In this document: in pieces, positions 1 to 10,171 of the stretch
Numbering within the stretch: position 1 is the first letter of the stretch
Layout of the letters: each line of letters starts with the position of its first letter
Assembly (NCBI RefSeq): GCF_032191835.1
Contig: NC_083237.1
Coordinates: 1,612,001 to 1,676,000, forward strand
DNA: 64,000 nucleotides
Reading direction: 5' to 3'
DNA from: Heteronotia binoei
Taxonomy: Eukaryota
The notes under the pieces: generated by a model
What the model was told of the DNA's origin: nothing
The model's input: only the letters and a program-made list of their open reading frames with translations
Databases searched by the model: none
Translations under genes and position numbers: made by a program

Positions 1-409
1 GGTCAGTTGGACCCCCTCAAGGAGAGATGGAGGTTCCGCTATGTGGTGCCCAAGAGGGGCGGGGGGAAGCACCCTGCAGTCTGCATTGGTGCCTGCGGAG
101 CTTTTCACGAAGTGAGCAGGGACACCGTGAAGCAGGGCTTCTTACTGGCTGCCCTCATCCAAGTGAAAGGGGTTTCCACTAGAAAGTGAGGACTGGTGAG
201 CAGCAACTTGGCTTTCCTTAATTTCCACTCCCCCTTCAGGCTCTCCGTCCTCCCAGGAGGTGTGAACAAGGGAGGTGTTCTGTTTGGTCTGCCTCCTGAG
301 GCAGCTGTTTTGCTTCCATCTCTTGGCGTGGTGGTCACCACCCCTTCTCAATACTCCAAAAGCATCCATAGGCTCAGAAAGGTTGGGATCACATTGTTGT
401 TAGGCACCT

Positions 410-1310
410 CCAAGGTCATCTAGTCCAACCCCCTGCACAAGGCAGGAAACTCACAAACCCCTCCCCCTAAATTCACAGGATCTTCATCGCTGTCAGATGG
501 CCCTCTAGCCTCTGTTGAAAAGCCTCAAAGGAAGGAGAGCCCACCACCTCCCGAGGAGGAAGCCTGTTCCACTGAGGAACTGCTCTATCAGAATCATAGA
601 ATCCTAGAGTTGGAAGGGACCTCCAGGGTCATCTAGTCCAACCCCCTGCACAAGGCAAGAAACTCACAAACCCCTCCCCCTAAATTCACAGGATCTTCAT
701 TGCTGTCAGATGGCCATCTAGCCTCTGTTGAAACACCGCCAAGGAAGGAGAGCTCACCATCTCCCAAAGAATCCTAGAGTTAGAATTCTAGGGTCATCTT
801 GTCCAACCCCCTGCACAATGCAGGAAACTCACAAACCCCTCCCCCTAAATTCACAGGATTCTCATTGCTGTCAGATGGCCATCTAACCTCCGTTGAAAAG
901 CCTCCAAGGAAGGAGAGCCCACCACCTCCCGAGGAGGAAGCCTGTTCCACTGAGGGACTGCTCTGTCAGAAAGTTCTTTTTAACGTTTAACTGAAAACTC
1001 TTTTAATTTCAACCCGTTGATTCTCTTCCAACTTCCTGGGGCAACAGAAAACAACTCTGCACTATCCTGTATAGGACAGCCCTTCAAGTACTTGAAGATG
1101 GTGATCCTATCACCTCTCAGTCATCTCCTTTCCAGGCTAAACATGCCCAGCTCCTTCAACCTTTTCTCCTAGGACCTGGTCTCCAGACCCCTCACCATCT
1201 TCATTGCTCTCCTCTGGACACATTCCGGCTTCTCTATATCCTTCTTAAAATGTGCTGCCCAAAATGGAACACAAGACTCTACGTGAGGTCTCACCAGAGC
1301 GCAGAGTAAA
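410..1310 (-). mobile_element. CR1 LINE 3' fragment with its ~180-190 nt terminal segment repeated three times
   Basis: ORF2 C-terminal remnant ([30 protein letters not shown]) and three copies of the gaatcctagagttggaagggacc...gaggaagcctgttccactgagg unit. Confidence 0.8.
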
Positions 1311-1530
1311 GTAAAGATTGGAGAACCCCCAGGATAGATGGCGATGAGAGTGTGGAGGGGCAAGGGGCGAGGAACATGCAAAAACGTTCTTTTGCAGCAA
1401 CAGGGAGCTGCAGAGACAGCTGCTGGAACAGTCCCCTGAGAGAGGACAGGCAAGGTGGGCTGCTCACTCTGCCTGCAGCCCTGCTGGGAGAGGGAAAAGG
1501 GGGGGCTGTGTGTCTCAGACACCAGCTTAC

Positions 1531-4500
1531 CTGAAAGGGAACCTGTTAGCGATGCTGTAGGCCATGGTGCCGGTGATGGCCAGGAGCTCCAGCAGGATAG
1601 AGTTGAAGTTCAGCCCCTCGGCACTCTTGGCCCCCACGATCTTCAGGATCTGGGGAAGCTTCACTGCACAACGGGCAGGAAGAAGCAACAGTTAAGTGCT
1701 CACAAGCCACTCCCACAGCTTCTCTCCGCTACCACCCAACTGTCTCCTCCAGGGGAGAAAGGGCCTAGGATCCTGTTCCTCACCTGGTCAGACAGTAGCA
1801 GGCTTTGCCCCAGAGGAGAAAAGGTTTTAATCCTTTTTACTGTCCAGCCTCATATCTGAGGACAGGTTCATTCTGGGTAACCACCCTCACCATGTTCAAG
1901 CCAAAGGGAGATTCCTGGCTTCCAGATCTCCCTATTGGTTTTGATTATCTGCTCCTTGGCTCAAGAAGAAGACAATCGCAAGATTTATTCCCCGCCCTTC
2001 TCTCTGAATCAGAGACTTAGAGAGGCTCACAATCTCCTATATCTTCTTCCCCCACAACAGACACCCTGTGAGGCAGGTGGGGCTGAGAGAGCTCTCCCAG
2101 AAGCTGCCCTTTCAAGGACAACTTGTGCAAGAGCTATGGCTGACCCAAGGCCATTCCAGCAGCTGCAAGTGGAGGAGTGGGGAATCAAACCCGGTTCTCC
2201 CAGATAAGAGAACTATGGCTGACCCAAGGCCATTCCAGCAGCTGCAAGTGGAGGAGTGGGGAATCAAACCGGGTTCTCCCAGAAAAGAGAGCTCTGGCTG
2301 ACCCAAGGCCATTCCAGCAGCTGCAAGTGGAGGAGTGGGGAATGAAACCCGGTTCTCCCAGATAAGAGTCTGTGCACTTCACCACTACACTAAACTGGTT
2401 CTCAGGTGAATCACTACCTTTTCTTTGCCTACTAAGGGATAACTTGTTAAAATGTCAGTGGGGGTTCGCGGCAGAGGTACTCTCCCCAGGCTCTCCAGAT
2501 GTTAAACACCTGAGGTTCACATGGATTTAGCCTCAGCGTCTGAGGTCTATTTTGAACTGTTGGTAGTTTAATGCTTGAAATTGATCCTCATTGTGAAGGA
2601 TTTCTTGAAGAACAAAGATCCTTTTGGCTGTTGCCCTACAAGAGAGTTGTTAGCCTGCGGAGGGGGTCTCACAAAGTCACACTTGGTATGAGCAACGGGA
2701 GGGGGGGGGACGTCACAAACATTTTTTCACGAACAGAATGCTGGGAGACGTCCTCAGAGGTTAGTTTTCCGTACCCCTCAACTGCGGCAGGTGCGTCTCC
2801 CCCTCCCACTGAGCCTCTCCGGGGCTCTCTAACCTACGTGCAATCCAAGTGACCCTTCTGGCGGGGGAAGGTTTACGTGCTCCTACCCATGAGTGAGCCA
2901 GCAATGATCGCAAATCCCAGTCCCTTGCTGATCAGGATCTTGAGGCATGGAACTAAAAAGAAAAAGAAAGGGGAAAACGTCACTGGCTGCCACTGCTGTT
3001 CTCGACTGACTGTACAGCAACACTGCAAGAGAGGACACAATCCCAGTTTTGCTCATGGCAGCCAAGAAAGAGCAACTCTTTCTCAGGGGTCTCTGGAGGG
3101 ATGCCAGTCTCCGGGTGGAACACAGAGATCCCTGGAATTACAGCACATCTCCAGAGCTCAGTGGACTCTTATGGCATGCACCCCAGTGAAGTCCCTGACC
3201 TCCCCAGGTGCCATCCCTTCATCTCCAGTTTCCCAACCCAGATCTGGCAACCTTCCCATTCCCCACTGTTAGCCTGAGGGACCTGAGAAGCCCAGCTCTC
3301 CCCAGCTTTCCCCTGTGGCAGGACAGGCAGAAATCCAACAGACTGAGGCTTCACCTGCTATATGTCTGCATCTCAGGCTGCTCACCAAAAGCAGTGCCGC
3401 CAGAGGTGGGGCTGAGAGGTACCCCCCCCCCCCCCACACACACACCAGGTTCTGCAATACGAGAACTCGTGGGTGCTCCATGAAATTGCTGAGCAGTCGG
3501 GTTAGAATGGATAAAAGGAAGTCCTTCACCCAAAGGGTGATTAACGTGCAATTCACTGCCACAGGAGGTGGCGGTGGATACAAGCATAGACGGCTTCAAG
3601 AAGGGGTTGGATAAATATCTGGAGCAGAGGTCCATCAGTGACTAGTAGCCACAGTGTGTTGTTGGAACTCTCAGTCCGGGGCAGTGATGCTCTGTATTCT
3701 GGGTGCTTGAGGGGGGGCACAGTGGGAGGGCTTCTAGTGTCCTGGCCCCTCTAATGGATCTCTTGATGGCACTTGGTTTTTTTGGCCACTGTGTGACCCA
3801 GAGTGTTGGCCTGGAGGGGCCACTGGCCTGATCCAACATGGCCTCTTTTATGTTCTTATGTCTGGGGCAGTGACGCTCTGTATTCTTGGTGCTTGGGGGG
3901 GCACAGTTGGAGGGCTTCTAGAGTTCTGGCTCTACTGATGGACCTCCTGACGGCACCTGGTTTTTCTGGCCACTGTGTGACACAGAGTGTCAGCCTGGAG
4001 GGGCCATTGGCCTGATCCAATATGGCCTCTTTTATGTTCTTATGTCTGGGGCCAGTGATGCTCTGTATTCTTGGTGCTTGGGGGGGGCACAGTGGGAGGG
4101 CTTCTAGTGTCCTGGCCCCACTGATGGACCTCCTGATGGCACCTGGGTATTTTGGCCACTGTGTGACACAGAGATCTGGACTTGATGGGCCACTGACCTG
4201 ATCCAACAGGGCTTGTCTTATGAACGAAATAACTCCCATCCTAGCCCACCCCCTGTCCCGGCTGGAGCCCCACAACTAGCCCCTCAGTATGGCTGGATTC
4301 TGGAAGGGATGTGTTGCAGGGCTGCTAATGGGGCGAGATCTGCCCTAACAGCCCACTGGGGCGTCCTTGGAGGGCACACCGCCCAGCCAGGCAGCCCAAC
4401 GCCCAGCCTCAAGTCCCAGAGGCAGCAGGCCGCGGGGAGCCACTTCCGCCTAGAAAGCCCCGCGAGGGGTCGCCACAAGCAACGCAATTGCTGTTTTTAT

Positions 4501-4820
4501 CCTCAGGGAGCAGAAAGACAGCAAGAAACATTAAAAAAGGGAAGCCTGGGGACACTTCCGCCCCGTTCCAACATGGCGGGAAGAGCTGCGGCATCACTTC
4601 CGGCCCGCCTCCTTCCGCCCTCGCCCAAGATGGTGCCCGCCTGCCCTTCCGCCCCGCCGGCGGCGTTGCCATAGCGACGCTAGCTCTCCTGCCCCGGCGG
4701 CCGGGCGGAGGGAGGGAGGGACTCACTGTGCAAGAAGTTGAGCCGCAGGAAGAGCTCGTCGTAGCAGCTCTCGGGGAGGAGATGCGGGACCAGCAGGCCC
4801 TTCGGCGCCAACGACGCCAT
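1531..4820 (-). CDS. MPDU1: Mannose-P-dolichol utilization defect 1 (PQ-loop protein), exons 1-3; remaining exons not found in window
   Basis: Exon1 4820-4727 ([31 protein letters not shown], donor GTGAGT), exon2 2952-2887 (66 nt, [22 protein letters not shown]), exon3 1663-1531 (133 nt, [44 protein letters not shown]). All GT-AG, phases chain in frame, first PQ motif present. In-frame upstream ATGs (4865, 4886) make the exact start uncertain. Confidence 0.93.
1962..2400 (-). mobile_element. tRNA-derived Squam3-like SINE with an internal 79-nt module in three copies
   Basis: A/B-box head (TGGTGTAGTGG; GGGTTTGATTCCC) on minus; ggctgacccaagg at 2138, 2217, 2296. Confidence 0.8.
3440..4220 (+). 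mobile_element. CR1 3' end with ~184-nt 3'UTR unit in three copies
   Basis: ORF2 tail ([22 protein letters not shown]) followed by repeated 3'UTR ending TTATGTTCTTATG. Confidence 0.8.
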
Positions 4821-5130
4821 CTTGGCAAGCGGGGAGAGCCGAGCGGCGGAAGCGCCCGCCTCCATCTCGCCACACCCCGCGCCCATGCGCCCTGAGAGGC
4901 CGCCGAGATCCCCGCGCATGCTCAGACGCCTCCCGATCCCGCCGCGCCCAGCCGCCCGCTTGGTCAGGTAAGTAGGCCGCTTTGCATCTGTGCGCATGCG
5001 CGCTGTGCCTACAGCGGTCCCGACCGTCGCCGAAGGGGGCGCCGCAAAACAAGGCCGTCTGCGCGCATGCGCTGTCCGCTCAGGCCTGCCTGCCTTCCTT
5101 CCCGCCTCCCAGTTTGGCCAAGGGACAAAA
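4400..5130. promoter_or_regulatory. CpG-island bidirectional promoter shared by MPDU1 and the HARBI-like gene
   Basis: Very GC/CpG-rich. NRF1-type GCGCATGCGC at ~4992 and ~5063. YY1-type motifs at ~4816 (AAGATGGCG on minus, over the MPDU1 ATG) and ~5127 (AAAATGGCCG over the HARBI-like ATG). The two ATGs are 310 bp apart and divergent. Confidence 0.8.
4968..5112 (+). other. Predicted 145-nt 5'-UTR intron of the HARBI-like gene
   Basis: Consensus donor CAG|GTAAGT at 4967/4968; pyrimidine tract GCCTGCCTGCCTTCCTTCCCGCCTCCCAG ending at 5112, 17 nt before the ATG. Confidence 0.7.
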
Positions 5131-6479
5131 TGGCCGCCTCATCTCAGCAGCCATCTTGGGCCACCAGCCACAGCCAGGAAGCTCAGCTGCTGGCCACGCT
5201 GGGCCGTGGCACCGTGGCCTTGTGTCTCCTCTACTACGCCCGCCTGCAGCGAGGACGGCGCCTGCGTGAAGCTGCCCGCCGCCAGAGGGTCGCCTCCCAC
5301 CACCGCGCCCAGGCCCGGTCCCGCCAACGCTTCTCCTTGCTGTGGCTCTGCCAGATGCTGGCCCGAGCCCCGGGCACGGCTGGGGCTTGCCAGGAGGCCC
5401 ACGGCGGAGGGGGCAGGATGCCACGCTTGCTGCGGGAGCGGCGCCTGTGGAGCAAAGCCCGGAGCTCGGCCTTCTGGGAGACGGTGCGAGCCAAAGCCTT
5501 CAGCCCGTGGGAGTGGGTCGACAACTTCCGCGTGGCTCCTGCCACCTTCGACTACCTCTGCGCCCAGTTGCGGAATGCCATTCAGCGCCGGGACACTAAC
5601 ATGCGCCGGGCCATCCCAGCAGACGTGCGCCTTGCCATGACCCTCTGGCGCCTGGGGGCCTGCACCGAATACCGGGCGGTAGAGCAGCTCTTTGGCGTGT
5701 CACGCTCCACCGTCTGCAAGATCCTGCGCGACGTCTGCGAGGCGGTCGTGGCCATCCTGACCCCGCTGTACGTGCGCCCTCCGGACCCTGCCGAAGTGGC
5801 TGCCGGGAATGGCTTCCCCCTGCCCCAGCTGGCCGGAGTCCTGGGATCCCTCCACGTGCCCATCCGCGCACCCAATGAAAACGCCGCCGGCTACTACAAC
5901 CGCCACGGCTGGCATTCAGTGGTTGTGCAGGCTGCGGTGGATTCCCGTGGCTGTTTCTGGGATATCAACGTCGGGTGCCCTGGCAGGGTGACAGAGCCGC
6001 AGGTCCTGTGCACATCTGAGCTGTATCAACGAGCTCAAGAGGGTGAACTGTTCCCAGGCGCGTCCCAACCTGTCAGGGGAGTCCAGGTGCCCCTCTATCT
6101 GCTGGGCAGCTGCTCATACCCTTTCCTCCCTTGGCTCATGCGTCCCTATCGCAACGCGGCTCTCACGCCAGCCCAGCAGCGCTTCAACGAGTATGCAGCC
6201 GCTGCACGGACGGTAGTTGGGGTGGCCTTCGGACGCCTGCGAGGGCGTTGGCGCTGCCTCACTAAGCGCAACGATACAGACGTCTCCTTTCTGCCGACCC
6301 TCATCGCCGCCTGCTGCACCCTCCACAACGTCTGCGAGGCCCGGGGCGACGTCTTCCAGTCCGGCTGGATGGAAGAGGAAGAGGAGCAGCTGGAGGAACA
6401 TCCCTTCGATGACGGGGAGGAGGAAGACGTTGAGGCGGTGGAGATCCGGGATGCGCTGGCCTCAGCACTGAGGGGCTAA
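5130..6479 (+). CDS. HARBI1/ALP1-like Harbinger (PIF/Harbinger DDE_Tnp_4) transposase-derived protein, single coding exon, 449 aa from ATG 5130
   Basis: Uninterrupted ORF with Harbinger motifs: NFRVAPATFDYL, RLAMTLWRLG, HTH LFGVSRSTVCKI, YNRHGWHSVVVQAAVD, YPFLPWLMRPY, AFGRLRGRWRCL, ACCTLHNVCE, acidic tail ending IRDAL. ATG context aaaATGG lies 18 nt after a strong acceptor at 5112; the ORF-track start at 5067 is inside the predicted intron. Confidence 0.9.
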   Translation: MAASSQQPSWATSHSQEAQLLATLGRGTVALCLLYYARLQRGRRLREAARRQRVASHHRAQARSRQRFSLLWLCQMLARAPGTAGACQEAHGGGGRMPRLLRERRLWSKARSSAFWETVRAKAFSPWEWVDNFRVAPATFDYLCAQLRNAIQRRDTNMRRAIPADVRLAMTLWRLGACTEYRAVEQLFGVSRSTVCKILRDVCEAVVAILTPLYVRPPDPAEVAAGNGFPLPQLAGVLGSLHVPIRAPNENAAGYYNRHGWHSVVVQAAVDSRGCFWDINVGCPGRVTEPQVLCTSELYQRAQEGELFPGASQPVRGVQVPLYLLGSCSYPFLPWLMRPYRNAALTPAQQRFNEYAAAARTVVGVAFGRLRGRWRCLTKRNDTDVSFLPTLIAACCTLHNVCEARGDVFQSGWMEEEEEQLEEHPFDDGEEEDVEAVEIRDALASALRG

Positions 6480-7885
6480 CTGGAGAAGCGAAGGCTGTGG
6501 AGCCAGTCGAGTGGTACCTCTCGGTGGATTTACGGGGCCGGCGTCTGAGGTTTGCAGCAGCAGGGAAATAAGCCTCTGTGGAATCTGAAAGCCTGCCCCT
6601 CCCTCTGGAGATAGTTTGAGAGGCCTGCAGGCAAACAGCTAGAGTTGAATCCGGTACCACCTTAGATAAGAGCAGAGGAGAAACGCTGCCCCTAAGCATT
6701 ATCCTGCTCTGTTCAAGCTGATAACATTCTGCATCCTGAGCCCCTTCTTGGCAAGATCTGCCTGGGAGAGAAGGACTCGGGGGGGGGGGATCTCCGTTCC
6801 AACTTGTATCTGATGAAGGAAGCTTGGCGTCTGGAAAGCTCATGCCTGGGAAATCTGGCTGCTCTCGCAGGTGCTGCTGGAGTCCCATCTAGCTGAACCA
6901 ATTAGAAGCTTTCGTTTTATCTAGTTTGCATTCCCACCTCCTTGACAGCAGCTCTGCCCACTCATCCTCCCCCCCTCCCGGTACAACAGAGGAGCTGAAG
7001 GTAGAAGGCAAACAGCAGGACCTTCTAAAATGTCCGGAGGGCTTTGGGGGCAGGGGAGCTGGGAGGGACAGGGGGTCTTGTGCCTGGAAGGTACAGAGCG
7101 CTGCCCAGTAAAACGTGTCATCCTTAGAGGAAGAGCTCGTCCCTTGTCTGTCCACTGGAAGCTGCCCCATCCACATTTTTACCTTTCTTGCTCATCAGTT
7201 AATTGGAGCCATTTTGACTGCCAGGTTGAACCTTGGAGTGCTGGAAATTGCCAGAGCCTCTGGGCTTGGGTACCTTTTGCTGACTTCCCACCCTCCCACT
7301 CCCTTTATTCTTTTTGTTTGTAAGTCTCCTTTTGTCATTGTAGAATGATGTATCTTACAGGGGGATGCCGAGTTCTTGAGACTGAGCTGTGAGTTCCCTG
7401 CTGCGCTCTTCTTCCCTCTGAAACAAACTCATTCAGGGGCCTTCAGCAAACCCTTCCTCCTCTTGCAGCCTTGGCCTACCTTGCAGGGCTGTGGTCAGGA
7501 GTCCAACAAAAGACTGGCTGCAAATTGTTCCGACCCCTGAAAGAGGGGCATAAAAGTCAGCTCTTATTATAGATGGTGTTCTACTTAGATGGCATTTTCT
7601 GTTTCTTAGTTTGGCGGGCGGCGGGCAGGAGAAACTGAATAACTTGCAAGAAATACTCAAAAGCCAAAAGTCATCTAATACAAAATACCATTAAAACTCA
7701 GCTAATAAAGAAAGGCAAGCAACATTTTTCCAAAATCACTTCTCAAGTGCTTGAAATAAGACGTAACACAACAGCAGGTATCGTCCTGCTACCTTGGGGA
7801 GAGAATATCAGCGGTTTCTCTGCTGCCACACCCTCCAGTTGCAGGGCTAGCCCACCCTCCCGCATTTGAAAAGCCACCCCTTTGC

Positions 7886-8246
7886 TTAGAAGAAGAAGAA
7901 TTGCAGATTTATACCCCGCCCTTCTCTCTGAATCAGAGACTCAGAGCGGCTCACAATCTCCTATATCTCCCCCCCCCCCAACAGACACCCTGTGAGGTGG
8001 GTGGGGCTGAGAGGGCTCTCACAGCAGCTGCCCTTTCAAGGACAACTCCTATGAGAGCTATGATTGACCCAAGGCCATTCCAGCAGGTGCAAGTGGAGGA
8101 GTGGGGAATCAAACCCGGTTCTCCCAGATAAGTGAGCTCTGGCTGACCCAAGGCCATTCCTGCAGCTGCAAGTGGAGGAGTGGGGAATCTAACCCGGTTC
8201 TCCCAGATAAGAGTCCACGCACTTAACCACTACACCAAACTGGCCT
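7886..8246 (-). mobile_element. Squam3-like SINE
   Basis: Same consensus as the other copies; (GAA)n tail. Confidence 0.75.
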
Positions 8247-8572
8247 ATCCCCCTTGGAGAATGTGGATGCCCCATTTCAAGGCCTTTGGTGGGGTGGAGC
8301 CACACAATGGCCAATGGCTGGGGCTGATGGGAGTTGTAGGCAAAAAACATCTGGAGAGCTACCACTGGCCACCCCTGACCTAAGCGATGATTCAGGCCTC
8401 TTGTGATTGGCAGAGTGGGAAGACCCGGCTGGAGGAGTCCCCTCCACAGGTGCACCAGCACCTCCCAGTCCTGGGCGCATTCCCACAGAAGCCAACCTGC
8501 TCAGCATGGCTTACTCGCAGGTAAGTGTGCAAAGGAGCAATGCCTGCAACCCTGTGCCTACTTACTTGGGAG

Positions 8573-8762
8573 CAACGTTCCCTCTAAGCCGCAGAGTCTT
8601 GTGAGCAAAGAAATCTACTTTGTGAGCTACTGGCGCTAAAGTTGTGAGCTGCATAAATTGTGCTCCGGGGTCCTCCTTCCTGAGCTAAGACAAAAATGTG
8701 TGAGCTGGAGGCTAAAAAATCTGTGAGCTAGCTCACGCTAACTCAGCTTAGAGGGAACACTG
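8573..8762. mobile_element. hAT-type MITE, 190 bp
   Basis: TIR CA(GT/AC)GTTCCCTCTAAGC at both ends; perfect 8-bp TSD CTTGGGAG (8565-8572, 8763-8770). Related copies at ~22417-22612 and ~43840-44040. Confidence 0.85.
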
Positions 8763-9337
8763 CTTGGGAGTAGACCCCAGTCACTTCAGTACGACTGACT
8801 TCTGTGTAATCAGGCAACAGATCCGGGGGGTACAGTCCCTTGCCTGTCCGGCGGAAGAATTAACTCCATGATGGTTGGATCGTCTTGTTCGTGGCTGAAC
8901 AGACGGTGGCTTTGGATCTCTTGCAATACACACTACTACATCTCCCCCCCCCCCCCAAAAAAAAAAAGCAAACCCAACAACAACACACAGATACATCTCG
9001 CTTCCTTTCTTCCTTCAGTTCTTTGAATTGAACAACAAATGCAACGTTGGGATGCATTGAGCGGCTGGAGGGCCTGGAGGCAAATGGGGTCTTCCCTGTA
9101 GCTTTACTGTGGGGTCGGAAGCAGCAGAACACAGTCTGAGTCCAATTGGCGGCACCTTGAAGGCCAACAAGGTTTTATTCAAGGTGTGAGTTCTCCCCTG
9201 CGCATTCACTTCCTCAGAGACAAGGACATGGAAGTCCCCAGTCCATAACATACAGGGTGAGAGTGAGCAGTGAAGCTGTATACAGTATGATGAAGATGTT
9301 TAATAGATTCAGTGACATAACAGGAATAACAAGAAGA

Positions 9338-9719
9338 TGATGTTATTGGATTTATATCCCGCCCTCCACTCCAAAGAGTCTCAGAGCTGCTCACAATCTC
9401 CTTTCCCTTCCTCCCCCACAACAGACACCCTGTGAGGTGGGTGGGGCTGGAGAGGGCTCTCCCAGCAGCTGCCGTTTCAAGGACAGAGTCTCAGAGCAGT
9501 CTACAATCTTCTTTCCCTTCCTCCCCCACAACAGACACCCTGTGAGGTGGGTGAGGCTGAGAGGGCTCTCACAGCAGCTGCCCTTTCAAGGACAACCTCT
9601 GCCAGAGCTACGGCTGACCCAAGGCCATTCCAGCAGCTGCAAGTGGAGGAGTGGGGGATCAAACCCAGTTCTGCCAGATAAGAGTCCGCACACTTCACCA
9701 CTACACCAAACTGGCTCTC
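9338..9719 (-). mobile_element. Squam3-like SINE with duplicated tail
   Basis: Matches family consensus. Confidence 0.75.
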
Positions 9720-10171
9720 TTAGTTTACGAAGTTACTCAGTTCTGCCAAAGCCACCCAGTAATCTTCAAACTCATCTCAATGGCTCTCTTAGTTTACGTG
9801 GTTACCATTTGTTGGGGTATAATTTGGGTGGGGGGGGGGGAAGCCTAGCGCAGGAGATAAAGATGTCAAAATTGGAGAGTGATGGGCAGCTATAGCCTTA
9901 ATTGTGGAATGCTGAGAGCAGGGGCTCAGTTAATGACTTTCAGCGTTCCACAAGGAAGGTGATTTTCATTTCATTTAGTCTGTAGCAGGGTGCGTGCACA
10001 AAGCAGCTTACGCCTGCAGGAAAACGTTTGTTGGTGTTCAAGCTGCCCGTTGGCTCCAGCTTTGTTCTGGTATTCCCTGATGTTATCCAGAGAGGGGCAC
10101 AGTTCCGGTTCTTTGCTGTCCCCTCGGCCCAGGGGAAGCTCCGCGGGTTGGTGCCCGCTGGCCGAGGCTCC

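Noticed and set aside
1-400. MPDU1 exon 4 or another coding exon
   Set aside because: No SWGEALFL-like translation or credible splice pair in any frame.
5067-5129. ORF-track start of the HARBI-like ORF at 5067 (470 aa)
   Set aside because: Falls within the predicted 4968-5112 intron; ATG 5130 has the better context.
8573-8762. MITEs as non-autonomous partners of the Harbinger-like gene
   Set aside because: They have 8-bp TSDs and CAG-starting TIRs typical of hAT elements, not the 3-bp TWA TSD of Harbinger.
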